Shown: piece by piece, positions 19,126 to 28,780 of the stretch
Layout of the letters: the number at the start of each line of letters is the position of its first letter
How positions within the stretch are numbered: the stretch's first letter is position 1
Assembly (NCBI GenBank): GCA_900545055.1
Contig: UQXP01000003.1
Location: 11,335 to 75,334, forward strand
Direction: 5' to 3'
Length of the DNA: 64,000 nucleotides
Source of the DNA: an uncultured Collinsella sp.
Lineage (GTDB): Bacteria; Actinomycetota; Coriobacteriia; Coriobacteriales; Coriobacteriaceae
The notes under the pieces: generated by a model
What the model saw: only the letters and a program-made list of their open reading frames with translations
What the model was told of the DNA's origin: nothing
The model's database searches: none
Translations under genes and position numbers: made by a program

Positions 19126-20526
19126 TTATGCCTCCGCGCAGAGCGGCGCGAAGCTGGCGGTACCGCCCTCGATAACGCTCAGATAGGCACGGCCCGTACG
19201 CTTGGCGGTAGAGGACTGCAGGCGCTCGATCTCTTCCTCGAGAATCTGATTGACGCGCTCGTGACGACGATTTTCCATAATGCCGGCGGCAATAGCCTCG
19301 GCTCGCTCAATGCTCTCGCGCGAGATACGGGCGGTATCCTCGGGGAACACAGCGCTGTGACGGCCGACATAAGCGGGGGCAGCAGGCTGAGGGGCAGCGA
19401 CGGGAGCGGGGGCTGCAACAGGAGCGGGCTCGTCAATCTCATCCAGAACCGCGGTGGCGGCGGCCCACATGTCCTCGTGGCCCGAGTAATCGGCCATGGG
19501 GACATCAACCTCGAGCGAGGCGTCCGGAAGGTCGTCGGTGTCGATGCGATCTTGGGCTTCAATAGATGCGGTGATGGCTGCGGGTTCATCGAGGTCGTCA
19601 AGATCGATGTCCGCGGCACCGGAGATGATAGGCATGCTGGCGAGGTTTGCATTGTACGGCGCAGCCTCAGCCGCCTGCTGCTGGGCAGGAGCGCCCCAAA
19701 GCGAGCTTTCGGCGGCACGGCGGGCGGCAACGGCCTCCTCGTCCGCAGTAATGGCTTCATCAACGTACGAATTATCGGCAGAAGCGTCCACGTCCGCCGA
19801 GGTAGCGCTGTAGGCGTTATTGGCTGCCGCGTTGGCAACGAGTGCCACGAAAGCCGCCGTGCTGCCCGCAGGGGCGGCCTGGGAGCCCGATACGGCACGT
19901 GCCGCGGCGGCGATGTCGTCACGATTGAGGGAGCCGGTCTGCCCGCCGTTGGTGAGCTCGTCGATGGCGACTTGATAGACGTCGCGCGAGTGTGCAGGGT
20001 CGCAACTCACCGGCGAATCGTCGTCGAGCATACTGTCGATCATGGACCAAGCCTCGTCCTCGTCCATAGCATCTGCGGCTCGAGCGATAGTAGGGACACC
20101 ATCATCGGCATGACGGCGCTGGAACGCACCAGTCAGGCCGGAAAGGAATGCCGAGGTAGACTGCTCCGACTGAGCCTGAGAAGCAGAAACCGCAGCGTAA
20201 GGAGTCGCATCCTGCTGCTGAGCTGGAATCGAGGCTGTCTTGAACTCGCTTTGATGCTGATTGAGATTGGCGGCACCGCCCATGACATCGGGCTGGAACA
20301 GACGCTCTTCACGCTGCGCACGATACTCGGAGATACCCAGCGAGGCGGCATAGATACCCACGCCCGCCACCGCGCCCACGGCGAAGGGAACCGCACCCGC
20401 TACGACCGTCTCGTTCACCGACGAAAACGGCAGCGTCGCGGCATACATAACCACGGGAGCGGCCAGGCCGATCCCGCACGAAAGTCCGGCAAGGACTGCT
20501 CGTTGTGTTGCATCAGAAGAAGCCAT
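19126..20526 (-). CDS. Hypothetical membrane-anchored acidic protein
   Basis: Two N-terminal hydrophobic segments and an Ala/Asp-rich body; host-like codon usage; 7 bp upstream of the vanZ-like gene. Confidence 0.7.
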   Translation of the reverse strand: MASSDATQRAVLAGLSCGIGLAAPVVMYAATLPFSSVNETVVAGAVPFAVGAVAGVGIYAASLGISEYRAQREERLFQPDVMGGAANLNQHQSEFKTASIPAQQQDATPYAAVSASQAQSEQSTSAFLSGLTGAFQRRHADDGVPTIARAADAMDEDEAWSMIDSMLDDDSPVSCDPAHSRDVYQVAIDELTNGGQTGSLNRDDIAAAARAVSGSQAAPAGSTAAFVALVANAAANNAYSATSADVDASADNSYVDEAITADEEAVAARRAAESSLWGAPAQQQAAEAAPYNANLASMPIISGAADIDLDDLDEPAAITASIEAQDRIDTDDLPDASLEVDVPMADYSGHEDMWAAATAVLDEIDEPAPVAAPAPVAAPQPAAPAYVGRHSAVFPEDTARISRESIERAEAIAAGIMENRRHERVNQILEEEIERLQSSTAKRTGRAYLSVIEGGTASFAPLCAEA

Positions 20527-20839
20527 GAGCTCTCCCCATCTTCCAGCACCCAAATCGCATCATTCAGTTGGCTGCGCGAGAGAAGATGAAGCGGGGCTAT
20601 GCCCCAAAGCAACGGTATATGGTTCGTTTCATCTGCGTTTTCCGTCGCGAAGCTTAAAAGCTATTATGCGAAACCGCCCTGCCGATTGCAAGCGACGATG
20701 TCGGATTGAAACGGGAAACCTGCTGCTCGTCGGTCTTACGGTCAAAAATAAGCGCGGAGCGGCGCAATGGAAAGGGGCCGAGGCTCAAAGCCCCGACCCT
20801 TTATCGCATTGATGACTATCGCAGCGCGTGGATGACAAC

Positions 20840-23395
20840 CTAGAACGTCTGCTCGTAGTCGCTGTGTTTTTTGGCCGAACGCACCAGGAACTCCTGGTTG
20901 GTGTTGGTGCCCTTCAGACCCTTGATAAACGACGCCGCCGCACGCTCGGTATTGTTCATGCCGGCAAGAATGCGACGCAGACCAAAGACAAACGGACGCA
21001 TCTGCTCGTCGATCAACAGGTCCTCGTTACGCGTACCGGAGGCAACGGGGTCGATAGCCGGGAAGATGCGGCGGTCGGCCAGGTCGCGGTCGAGCTTAAG
21101 CTCCATGTTGCCGGTGCCTTTGAACTCCTCAAAGATGACCTCGTCCATCTTGGAACCGGTGTCGATGAGGGCAGAGGCCAGGATGGTGAGCGAGCCACCG
21201 TTCTCGATATTGCGGGCTGCACCCAGGAAGCGCTTGGGCGGATACAGGGCCGCCGAATCGACGCCGCCCGAAAGGATGCGGCCCGAGGCGGGCGCCGCCA
21301 AGTTGTAAGCGCGGGCGAGGCGCGTGATGGAGTCGAGCACCACCACGACGTCGCCACCCAGCTCAACAATGCGCTTGGCGCGCTCGATGACGAGCTCAGC
21401 CACGCGGGTGTGGTTGTCGGCAGGCATATCGAAGGTCGACGCCACAACCTCACCCTTGATGGAACGCTGCATATCGGTGACCTCTTCGGGGCGCTCGTCG
21501 ACGAGCAGGCAGATGAGGTGCACCTCGGGGTTGTTAATCGAGATGGACTGACAGATCTTCTTGAGGATCGTGGTCTTGCCGGCCTTGGGCGGGGACACGA
21601 TCAGGCCGCGCTGGCCCTTGCCAATCGGCGACACGATGTCGATGGCGCGACCGGTGATGGAATCCTTGCCGTGCTCCATGCGCAGCGGCTCATTGGGATA
21701 GACCGGGGTGAGGTCGCCGAACTTGGGACGGTTGCGAATCTGCTCGGGGTCCAGACCGTTGACGGTCGTGATTTTGGCGAGGCCGGCGCGCTTGTCGCCG
21801 CCGCGCGAAGGACGCAGCGAGCCCTCGATGACGTCGCCCGTGCGCAGGCGCGCGGAGCGGATGAGGTAGGCGGGCACGAAGGCGTCGTCGTTGGACTTCA
21901 TGTAGCCATGGGCGTGGATGATGCCGGAGCCGTCCGGGCGAATCTGCAGAATGCCCTTGATATCGCGGAAGCCCTCGGCCTTCGCGGCGGTGGTGTAGAT
22001 TTCCTCGACGAGCTCGGCTTTCTTCTTGCCGGTCGTCTCGATCTCGAACTCCTTGGCCTTTTCGCGCAGCTCGGCGACCTTCATGGCCGCGAGTTCCTCG
22101 CGCGAAAGTGTGGGCTCGGTCGGAGCGGCATTGCGCTCCTTGTTGCGCTGCTTGCGATCGCGCTGGCGGTTGCGACGGTCGTTGTTGCGCTCGTCCTTGC
22201 GCTCGTTGCGCTCCTCGTTGCGCTTGTGCTGGCGACGGTTGGGGCGAGCGTTGTCATCGGCCTCAGCGGGCGCGGCGCCATCGGTTGCGGCGGTGTCAAC
22301 ATTGGCCGCAGCGGCGTCATTGGCCTCGGCGCCGGAATCAATCTGCGCTTCGGCATCAGCCTGCTGCTCGGACGCCTTGGCCTTAGCGGACTTCTTACGA
22401 CCGCGCTTGGGCTTCTCGGACGCAGACTGTTCGACGTCTTGGGGCTCGGCGGCATCAGTCGATGCATCGGCGGTCGTCTCGGCGGAATCCTCGGACGCAC
22501 CCTTCTTGGCAGCCTTGGCCTTGGACGTGCGCTTAGCAGCAGTACGATGGCTGCGACCAGGACGGACGTCGGCGGGCTCGACATCGGCGGGAGCGGCCTC
22601 GGAAGTCGTAGCATCCTGGACGGGTGCATCGGCAGCGGTTGCAGACTCGGCGGTCGCCGCAGCATCCCGAGCGGCTGCAGCTGCGGCTGCGGCCTTCTCT
22701 GCCTCGACGAAGGCCTTGGGCTTGCGACCGCGACGGTGCGGGCGCAAAGCCGGATCGACAACGGGAACTTCGCTGGCCTCGACAGGCGCAGCGGGCTCAG
22801 CAGGCGATGCGCCCTCCCCTGCCGCGGAACGAACCGAAGCCTCGGTGAGCTCGGGGGTTGCCTGTTCGGCAACCTGCTCGGCCTTAACAGCCGTGCGACG
22901 GCGTGTGCGCGGTGCCGGCTTCTCGGTCGGCTGGTCGGCGGCAGACGTCTCGGGCACAGACGGAGCTGCAAGCTCAGTCAGAGCCGCGGCCTCGCGCTCG
23001 GCAGCACGACGGCGGGCGCGCACCACCTGAGCCTCGCTAATCTGCGCCAACGCACGTGCCTGCGCGACCTCATCGGAAATCGGCGCCGAGGAGTCAGCTG
23101 CAACGGTGCGCTTGGCGCGCGTCGTGCGCGTGGTACGGCGCTTGGGCTTGGTGACCTCCTCGCCGTCAGTGGCAGGCTTGGCCGTGCGGCGCGTGCGCTT
23201 GGACTTTGCCGGAGCAGCCTCCTCACCAGTTGCAGGCACGGCCTTCTCAGCCGCTGAAGGCGTAGGCGTCGAAGCAGCCTTAGGCGTCTCAGGAGCCGAG
23301 GCTTGCGCGGGCGCCGCGACCTGGTCCGACGCAACCGGTGCAGCGGGAGCGGCTTGCGTCGTCGTTATTTCGTTTTCTTGCTGTTGATCAGACAC
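20840..23395 (-). CDS. rho: Transcription termination factor Rho with long N-terminal low-complexity extension
   Basis: C-terminal GKGQRGLIVSPPKAGKT, LVDERPEEVT, LDSITRLARAYN and FKGTGNMEL motifs. Confidence 0.96.
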   Translation of the reverse strand: MSDQQQENEITTTQAAPAAPVASDQVAAPAQASAPETPKAASTPTPSAAEKAVPATGEEAAPAKSKRTRRTAKPATDGEEVTKPKRRTTRTTRAKRTVAADSSAPISDEVAQARALAQISEAQVVRARRRAAEREAAALTELAAPSVPETSAADQPTEKPAPRTRRRTAVKAEQVAEQATPELTEASVRSAAGEGASPAEPAAPVEASEVPVVDPALRPHRRGRKPKAFVEAEKAAAAAAAARDAAATAESATAADAPVQDATTSEAAPADVEPADVRPGRSHRTAAKRTSKAKAAKKGASEDSAETTADASTDAAEPQDVEQSASEKPKRGRKKSAKAKASEQQADAEAQIDSGAEANDAAAANVDTAATDGAAPAEADDNARPNRRQHKRNEERNERKDERNNDRRNRQRDRKQRNKERNAAPTEPTLSREELAAMKVAELREKAKEFEIETTGKKKAELVEEIYTTAAKAEGFRDIKGILQIRPDGSGIIHAHGYMKSNDDAFVPAYLIRSARLRTGDVIEGSLRPSRGGDKRAGLAKITTVNGLDPEQIRNRPKFGDLTPVYPNEPLRMEHGKDSITGRAIDIVSPIGKGQRGLIVSPPKAGKTTILKKICQSISINNPEVHLICLLVDERPEEVTDMQRSIKGEVVASTFDMPADNHTRVAELVIERAKRIVELGGDVVVVLDSITRLARAYNLAAPASGRILSGGVDSAALYPPKRFLGAARNIENGGSLTILASALIDTGSKMDEVIFEEFKGTGNMELKLDRDLADRRIFPAIDPVASGTRNEDLLIDEQMRPFVFGLRRILAGMNNTERAAASFIKGLKGTNTNQEFLVRSAKKHSDYEQTF

Positions 23396-23650
23396 AGTGT
23401 TTGCTCAACTTTCTTTTCAAGCCCTGTGATCACATGCTCCCTGCATAAACCTTCAGGGCGGCTAAACAGTCTAATTCCGTTCAAAACGACGGACATCATT
23501 GATCTGTATCGAGATGATTGCGTCATATACGCAGCGTTAGTGTAACACAACCGCCGTCACCTGCAACTTAACCATTGGGGACGTTCTTAAACGACTAGTC
23601 AAAAGGGACACTCTTTGGTTTACCGCCCACAAATCTGACTGCCTCCGCCA

Positions 23651-23800
23651 AAACTATGGCGGTTTACTACGATGAATCGCTCAACCGCGACCACTCCGAA
23701 ACTTGTTGAACTAAAACCGCAGGTAGATGCCTTGCACTTTTTAGCGAAAAGCCGGCGTGGTTGGAATAACTCAATTCATCGTAGTAAACCGGCATAGTTT
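23651..23800. repeat. Long inverted-repeat element with internal AAAACCGCAGGT
   Basis: Arms 23651-23677 and 23774-23800 match 26/27; motif at 23713-23724. Confidence 0.85.
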
Positions 23801-23844
23801 CGTATTTCCAGCAGTTCCAAATTCGTCAATACGTCGGCGTTTGC

Positions 23845-23877
23845 AAAAAAGCCCGACCTCCGTAGGAGATCGGGCTT
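23845..23877 (-). terminator. argS terminator
   Basis: AAGCCCGA...TCGGGC hairpin with a minus-strand T-tract. Confidence 0.8.
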
Positions 23878-23923
23878 ATAGGGCTTAGTTAAACCAAACC
23901 TGAACGGTCAAATGACCCGCAGC

Positions 23924-25777
23924 TTACATCTGCTCGGGGGCAGAAACACCAACGAGGGTGAGCACCAAGGCGAGCGTCACGCGGACGGCATCGCAAGCGG
24001 CCAGACGGGCGCGCGAAAGCTCGGGGTCGACGGGACGACCCTCGCTCGGCAGCACCTGGCAGGCAGCGTAGAAGCTATGGAAGTCACCGGCGAGTTCCTC
24101 GGCAAAGTGGGTCAGACGGAACGGAGCGCGATCGCGAGCGCAGCTGGCGATCAGGTCGGTGAGCTCGTTGAGCTTGCGCGAAAGGGCGAGCTCGGTCGGG
24201 TCGGTCAGCAGCGAGTAATCGACGTTCTCACCGATTGCCTTGGCGGCAACGGCCTTCATGCCCATCTCGTCGGCCTGCTCAGGCGTTACGTCGGCAGCGC
24301 GGCGCAGGATGGAGCACACGCGGGCGTGAGCATACTGCACGTAATAGACCGGGTTGGAGTTGTCGCGCTTCTTGACGGCCTCGATGTCAAAGTCGACCAT
24401 CTGGTTGGAGCTCTTGGAGATGAGCGTGTAGCGAGCGGCATCGGAGCCGACCTCGTCGACGAGCTCCTGCAGGGTCACCATGGTGCCCTTGCGCTTGGAC
24501 ATACGGACGGGCTTGCCGTTACGCAGCAGGTTGACGAGCTGGCCCAGCAGAACCTCGAACTTGCCGGGATAGCCAAGAGCGTCGCAGACGCAGCGGACGC
24601 GCTCGATGTAGCCGTGGTGGTCGGCACCCCAAATGTCGATGACGTGGTCGACGCGCTGGAACTTGTCCCAGTGATAGGCAACGTCGGAGGCGAAGTAGGT
24701 GTACTCGCCATCGGACTTGATCAGGACGCGGTCCTTGTCGTCGCCCAGGTCGGTGGAACGGAACCACAGGGCGCCGTCCTTGGTGTAGAGGTAGCCCATC
24801 TTGTCGAGCTTCTCAAAAGCGCGGTCGACGGCGGAAGTGCCGGCGGTCTCGCCCTCGGTGTCCTTCACGTACAGCGAGCGCTCGGAGTACCAACGATCGA
24901 AATCGCAGTTGACGGCGTGGCAGAGGTCGCGCATGTTGTCGACCATCTTCACATAGCCGCGCTCACGGAAGCTCTCCATGCGCTCCTGCGGATCGGCGTC
25001 GACCCACTTGTCGCCGTCGGTGCGCCAGAACTCGGCGGCCTCGTCGATGATGTAATCGCCGCCGTAGGAGTCCTTACCCAGGGTCTCGGCAAAGTTGTCC
25101 TGGTACGGATGGGTCTCGGGATGCTCGTCGTTCTCATCGGCAACGAAGGCATCGCGGTCGGCGATCAGCAGCTTGTGAGCCTCGTCGATATCCACGCCCT
25201 GCTTGGCAATGATGTCGGCAAGCTGCATATAGCGCGTGCTGATGGAGTTGCCGAAGGTGTTCATCTGAGAGCCGTGGTCGTTGATGTAGAACTCACGCTG
25301 GATGTCGTAACCGGCGTGGTCCATAACACGGCAGAGGGAGTCGCCCAGAGCTGCCCAGCGGCCGTGGCCGATGTGCATGGGGCCGACGGGGTTGGCGGAA
25401 ACGAACTCGACCTGGGTCTTCAGGCCGCCGCCGACGTTGGACTTAGCGAAGTCCATGCCCTTCTCGCGGGCCTCGCCAAAGATGGCGTTCTTGACGGCGA
25501 CGGAGAGGTAGAAGTTGATGAAGCCAGGGCCTGCGATCTCGACCTTCTCGATCGCGGGGTCCTCGGGCATATGGGCAACGACGGCCTCGGCGATCTTGCG
25601 CGGGGCGCAGTGAGCCAGCTTGGCGGACTTCAGGGCCATGGTGGAGGTCCACTCGCCATGAGAAGTGTCAGCCGGTCGCTCGATAGCGCAATCGTCAAGT
25701 TCAAATGCGGAAAGGTCGCCGGCCTCCTGGGCCGCAGCAAGCGCAGCGCGTACCAGCTCTTCAATCTTCTCGGGCAT
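23924..25777 (-). CDS. argS: Arginine--tRNA ligase
   Basis: EFVSANPVGPMHIGH, DDKDRVL, WGADHHGY, MSKRKG and YVQYAHAR motifs; SD AAGGAGG. Confidence 0.97.
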   Translation of the reverse strand: MPEKIEELVRAALAAAQEAGDLSAFELDDCAIERPADTSHGEWTSTMALKSAKLAHCAPRKIAEAVVAHMPEDPAIEKVEIAGPGFINFYLSVAVKNAIFGEAREKGMDFAKSNVGGGLKTQVEFVSANPVGPMHIGHGRWAALGDSLCRVMDHAGYDIQREFYINDHGSQMNTFGNSISTRYMQLADIIAKQGVDIDEAHKLLIADRDAFVADENDEHPETHPYQDNFAETLGKDSYGGDYIIDEAAEFWRTDGDKWVDADPQERMESFRERGYVKMVDNMRDLCHAVNCDFDRWYSERSLYVKDTEGETAGTSAVDRAFEKLDKMGYLYTKDGALWFRSTDLGDDKDRVLIKSDGEYTYFASDVAYHWDKFQRVDHVIDIWGADHHGYIERVRCVCDALGYPGKFEVLLGQLVNLLRNGKPVRMSKRKGTMVTLQELVDEVGSDAARYTLISKSSNQMVDFDIEAVKKRDNSNPVYYVQYAHARVCSILRRAADVTPEQADEMGMKAVAAKAIGENVDYSLLTDPTELALSRKLNELTDLIASCARDRAPFRLTHFAEELAGDFHSFYAACQVLPSEGRPVDPELSRARLAACDAVRVTLALVLTLVGVSAPEQM

Positions 25778-26119
25778 AGATCCTCCTTGTGTTAAAGCCC
25801 CCGAGCTCTTGGTCACTCGTAGGGCAAAAGCCAGAGTTTGTAGCACTCTATCACAAGCGGTAGCTACTGTCGCAGGGTAAAGCTAATAGATATTGCATAT
25901 GCACAAAAATGACTACCGCTCTTGCGCGGCGGTACAAAGTTGGCGGTTTGCCTGCAATTTATACACGTTCCGGAAATGCATAAACGTATGAATAAGTCGT
26001 TCTATTTATCGAATACTCTTACCTATCGGAGTTGTGTGCTTTTCCTGCATAAAGTGATGGTTTGCGCACGTCAGCGTGGTATTCTTGACATACGCAAATT
26101 CGTATAAGTTGGAGGTAGC

Positions 26120-26605
26120 ATGTTCTCAATCGGTCAACACGTCATTCATCCGGGTCAGGGAGTCTGCACCGTCGTCGGTTTTAGGGACGACACGCCGCAG
26201 CCCATGTTGTTGCTCGAGGCCAAGCAGGGACATGCGCAGACGATTCTCATGTACCCCGTGGCGCAGGCCGACCGTCTGCATGCCGCCATCTCTCAGCAAG
26301 ATGCCGAGCACCTGCTGAGCCACTATGACGAGCTGGAGTGCGACACCTTTACCGAGCGCAACAGCTCGCTGGAAGAGACGCACTTTAAGCAGCAACTCAA
26401 GTTGGGCGCGCCCGAGACGGTCCGCGTGGCAAAGACCATGATGCACCGCATTCGCCAGGCCGAGGAAGCCGATAAAAAGCCCAGCTCCTACTACATGCGC
26501 GTACTCAAGGAGGCCAAGCGCCGCTCCATCGAGGAGTTCGCCGTGGCATTGGGCGTCACCGAGGAAGCCGCTGAAGCCCGCCTAGCCCAAGCCGCCCTCA
26601 ACTAA
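26120..26605 (+). CDS. CarD/TRCF-like transcriptional regulator
   Basis: N-terminal FSIGQHVIHPGQGVCTV, typical of the CarD RID; SD GGAGG. Confidence 0.75.
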   Translation: MFSIGQHVIHPGQGVCTVVGFRDDTPQPMLLLEAKQGHAQTILMYPVAQADRLHAAISQQDAEHLLSHYDELECDTFTERNSSLEETHFKQQLKLGAPETVRVAKTMMHRIRQAEEADKKPSSYYMRVLKEAKRRSIEEFAVALGVTEEAAEARLAQAALN

Positions 26606-26617
26606 CCCACCCGCGCC

Positions 26618-26660
26618 AAAAACCACCACAAAGGGGACAGGCACCTTTGTGGTGGTTTTT
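26618..26660 (+). repeat. Family A REP-like palindrome (copy 1)
   Basis: AAAAACCACCACAAAGG-GGACAGGCA-CCTTTGTGGTGGTTTTT. Confidence 0.95.
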
Positions 26661-26722
26661 TCGTTCTAGTCGTTCTAGTAGTATTCATTCTTAGCGATAC
26701 CTGCGAGCACAAGGAGTCTTTT

Positions 26723-27322
26723 ATGGCAGAGCCACTTTCCGCCGGAATCACCCGCGACCGTGCGTTCGAATTGCTCAACGAGCACAACAAGGACCCGTTC
26801 CACATCACCCATGGCGAGACGGTCGAGGGCACCATGCGCTACTTTGCGCGCGAGTTCGACCCCGAGAACGAGGAGTTTTGGGGCATCGTCGGTCTGCTGC
26901 ACGACCTGGATTGGGAGGAGCATGAGGACGACCCCATGAACCACACCATCTATGCTGCCAAGATTCTTGAGGGCGAAGGTGCGTCTCCCGAGCTCATTCG
27001 CGCCATCCAGACGCACACGTCGGACTTCAACACCTCGCTGCCCAAGCCCGAGCTGCAGATGGAAAAGGTCCTGTTTGCCTGCGACGAGCTCACCGGCCTG
27101 ATCGGCGCAGCCGTCGTCATGCGCCCGAGCAAGAGCGTCATGGACTTTACGACCAAGTCACTCAAGAAGAAGTTCAAGGACAAGCGCTTTGCCGCCGGCT
27201 GCTCGCGTGACGTGATTTCGCAGGGCGCCGAGATGCTGGGCTGGGAGCTCCCCGAGCTCTTTGACCGCACCATCGCGGCCATGCAGTCCTTCGCTCCCGA
27301 TCGCGACACCTTCCAGGCTTAA
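26723..27322 (+). CDS. HD-domain hydrolase
   Basis: GLLHDLD, LFACDELTGLI and KKKFKDKRFAAG motifs. Confidence 0.88.
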   Translation: MAEPLSAGITRDRAFELLNEHNKDPFHITHGETVEGTMRYFAREFDPENEEFWGIVGLLHDLDWEEHEDDPMNHTIYAAKILEGEGASPELIRAIQTHTSDFNTSLPKPELQMEKVLFACDELTGLIGAAVVMRPSKSVMDFTTKSLKKKFKDKRFAAGCSRDVISQGAEMLGWELPELFDRTIAAMQSFAPDRDTFQA

Positions 27323-27326
27323 TTCC

Positions 27327-27367
27327 AAAACCACCACAAAGGGGACAGGCACCTTTGTGGTGGTTTT
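27327..27367 (+). repeat. Family A REP-like palindrome (copy 2)
   Basis: Core identical to 26618-26660. Confidence 0.95.
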
Positions 27368-27381
27368 TGTTTGCGCGGGCG

Positions 27382-28668
27382 TTAGGGGCGGACCTGGCCG
27401 GTGCCGCGGAGCTTGTATTTGTAGGTGGTGAGGGCCTCGGCGGCAAAGGGGCCGCGGGCGTGGAGCTTTTGGGTCGAGATGCCGATCTCGGCACCCAGCC
27501 CAAACTCGCCGCCGTCAGTGAAGCGCGTGCTGGCGTTGGCATACACGGCCGAGGCATCGACCTTGTCCAGGAAGCGCTCGCATGCATCCTCGTCCTCGGC
27601 GATGATGGCCTCGGAGTGCATCGTGCCGTAGCGGTTGATGTGCGCGATGGCCTCATCCTCGTTCGCCACGACCTTCACGCTCATCTCGAGCGCCAGGTAC
27701 TCACGGCCCCAGTCCTCCTCAGTCGCGGCGACGTAGTCATCGCCCTCCACAAAGCCGGCGTCAGCGCACGCGGAGCACGTAGCCTCGTCGCCGTGAATGA
27801 GCACGCCGTGGTCATGCAGCACGGCCACGACCGCGGGCAAGAACGTATCGGCCACAGCACGGTCGACCAGCAGCGACTCAGCGGCATTGCACACGCCTAC
27901 GCGCTGGGTCTTGGCATTAACGATAATGTTGAGCGCCTTATCAAAGTCGGTGGATTCATGCACGTAGATGTGGCAGTTACCCGTGCCCGTCTCGATCACC
28001 GGCACAAGCGACTCGCGCACGCAGCGCTGGATCAGGCCTGCGCCGCCACGCGGAATGAGCACGTCGACAATGCCGCGGAGCTTCATGAGCTCGCCAGTGG
28101 CTTCGCGGCCGGTAGACTCGATCATCGACACGGCCTCGCGCGGGAAGCCCTTGGTCTCGAGCGCATCGGCCAGCAGCTCAGAAATCATGGCGCACGAGTG
28201 ATAGGCTAGCGAACCGCCGCGCAGAATGCAGGCGTTGCCGGTGCGGATGCAGATGCCGGCGGCGTCGGCCGTCACGTTGGGGCGCGCCTCGTACACCATG
28301 GCGACCAGGCCCAACGGCACGCTCACACGGGTGAGGTCCACGCCGCTTGCGAGCACGCGGTGATCGAGCACGCGGCCCACGGGATCGGGCAGCTCGGCAA
28401 GCTTCTCCAGACCGGTGGCCATGCCCTCAACGCGCTCGGGCGTCAGCAGCAGACGGTCGAGGAGCCCCGCGGAGGTCCCCGCATCACGCGCGGCGGACAT
28501 ATCGAGCTCGTTGGCGGCGACGATGGAGTCGACACCGTTGCGCAGTGCTGCGGCCATGGCGCGCACGGCCTCCTGGCGCTGCTCATCGCTCGCCGTGGCA
28601 AGCGAGGCCGACGCTGCCTTGGCGGCAACGGCAAGATCGTGGACATACGTGGCTATATCGACCGACAT
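27382..28668 (-). CDS. proA: Glutamate-5-semialdehyde dehydrogenase
   Basis: YEARPNVT, IPRGG, VCNAAE and NASTRFTDGGEFGLGAEIGISTQKLHARGP motifs. Confidence 0.97.
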   Translation of the reverse strand: MSVDIATYVHDLAVAAKAASASLATASDEQRQEAVRAMAAALRNGVDSIVAANELDMSAARDAGTSAGLLDRLLLTPERVEGMATGLEKLAELPDPVGRVLDHRVLASGVDLTRVSVPLGLVAMVYEARPNVTADAAGICIRTGNACILRGGSLAYHSCAMISELLADALETKGFPREAVSMIESTGREATGELMKLRGIVDVLIPRGGAGLIQRCVRESLVPVIETGTGNCHIYVHESTDFDKALNIIVNAKTQRVGVCNAAESLLVDRAVADTFLPAVVAVLHDHGVLIHGDEATCSACADAGFVEGDDYVAATEEDWGREYLALEMSVKVVANEDEAIAHINRYGTMHSEAIIAEDEDACERFLDKVDASAVYANASTRFTDGGEFGLGAEIGISTQKLHARGPFAAEALTTYKYKLRGTGQVRP

Positions 28669-28780
28669 GGGCGGCCCTTTCTCCTAGAAGTTTGCAACCA
28701 TGGTAGCCGATTTGCGCATGGCCTCGCCCGCGGCGGTAGAATTGGTCAACCCGAAACACCGCAACGAACGGAAGACTCAC

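Noticed and set aside
20828..23257. 809-aa + strand ORF and similar long ORFs (11189-12958, 18838-20589, 23912-25795, 41087-42661, 61368-62882)
   Set aside because: Antisense shadows of real high-GC genes; no recognisable motifs.
25778..26119. T-box leader for argS (also checked upstream of trpS)
   Set aside because: No TGGNACC T-box with antiterminator was found in either leader.
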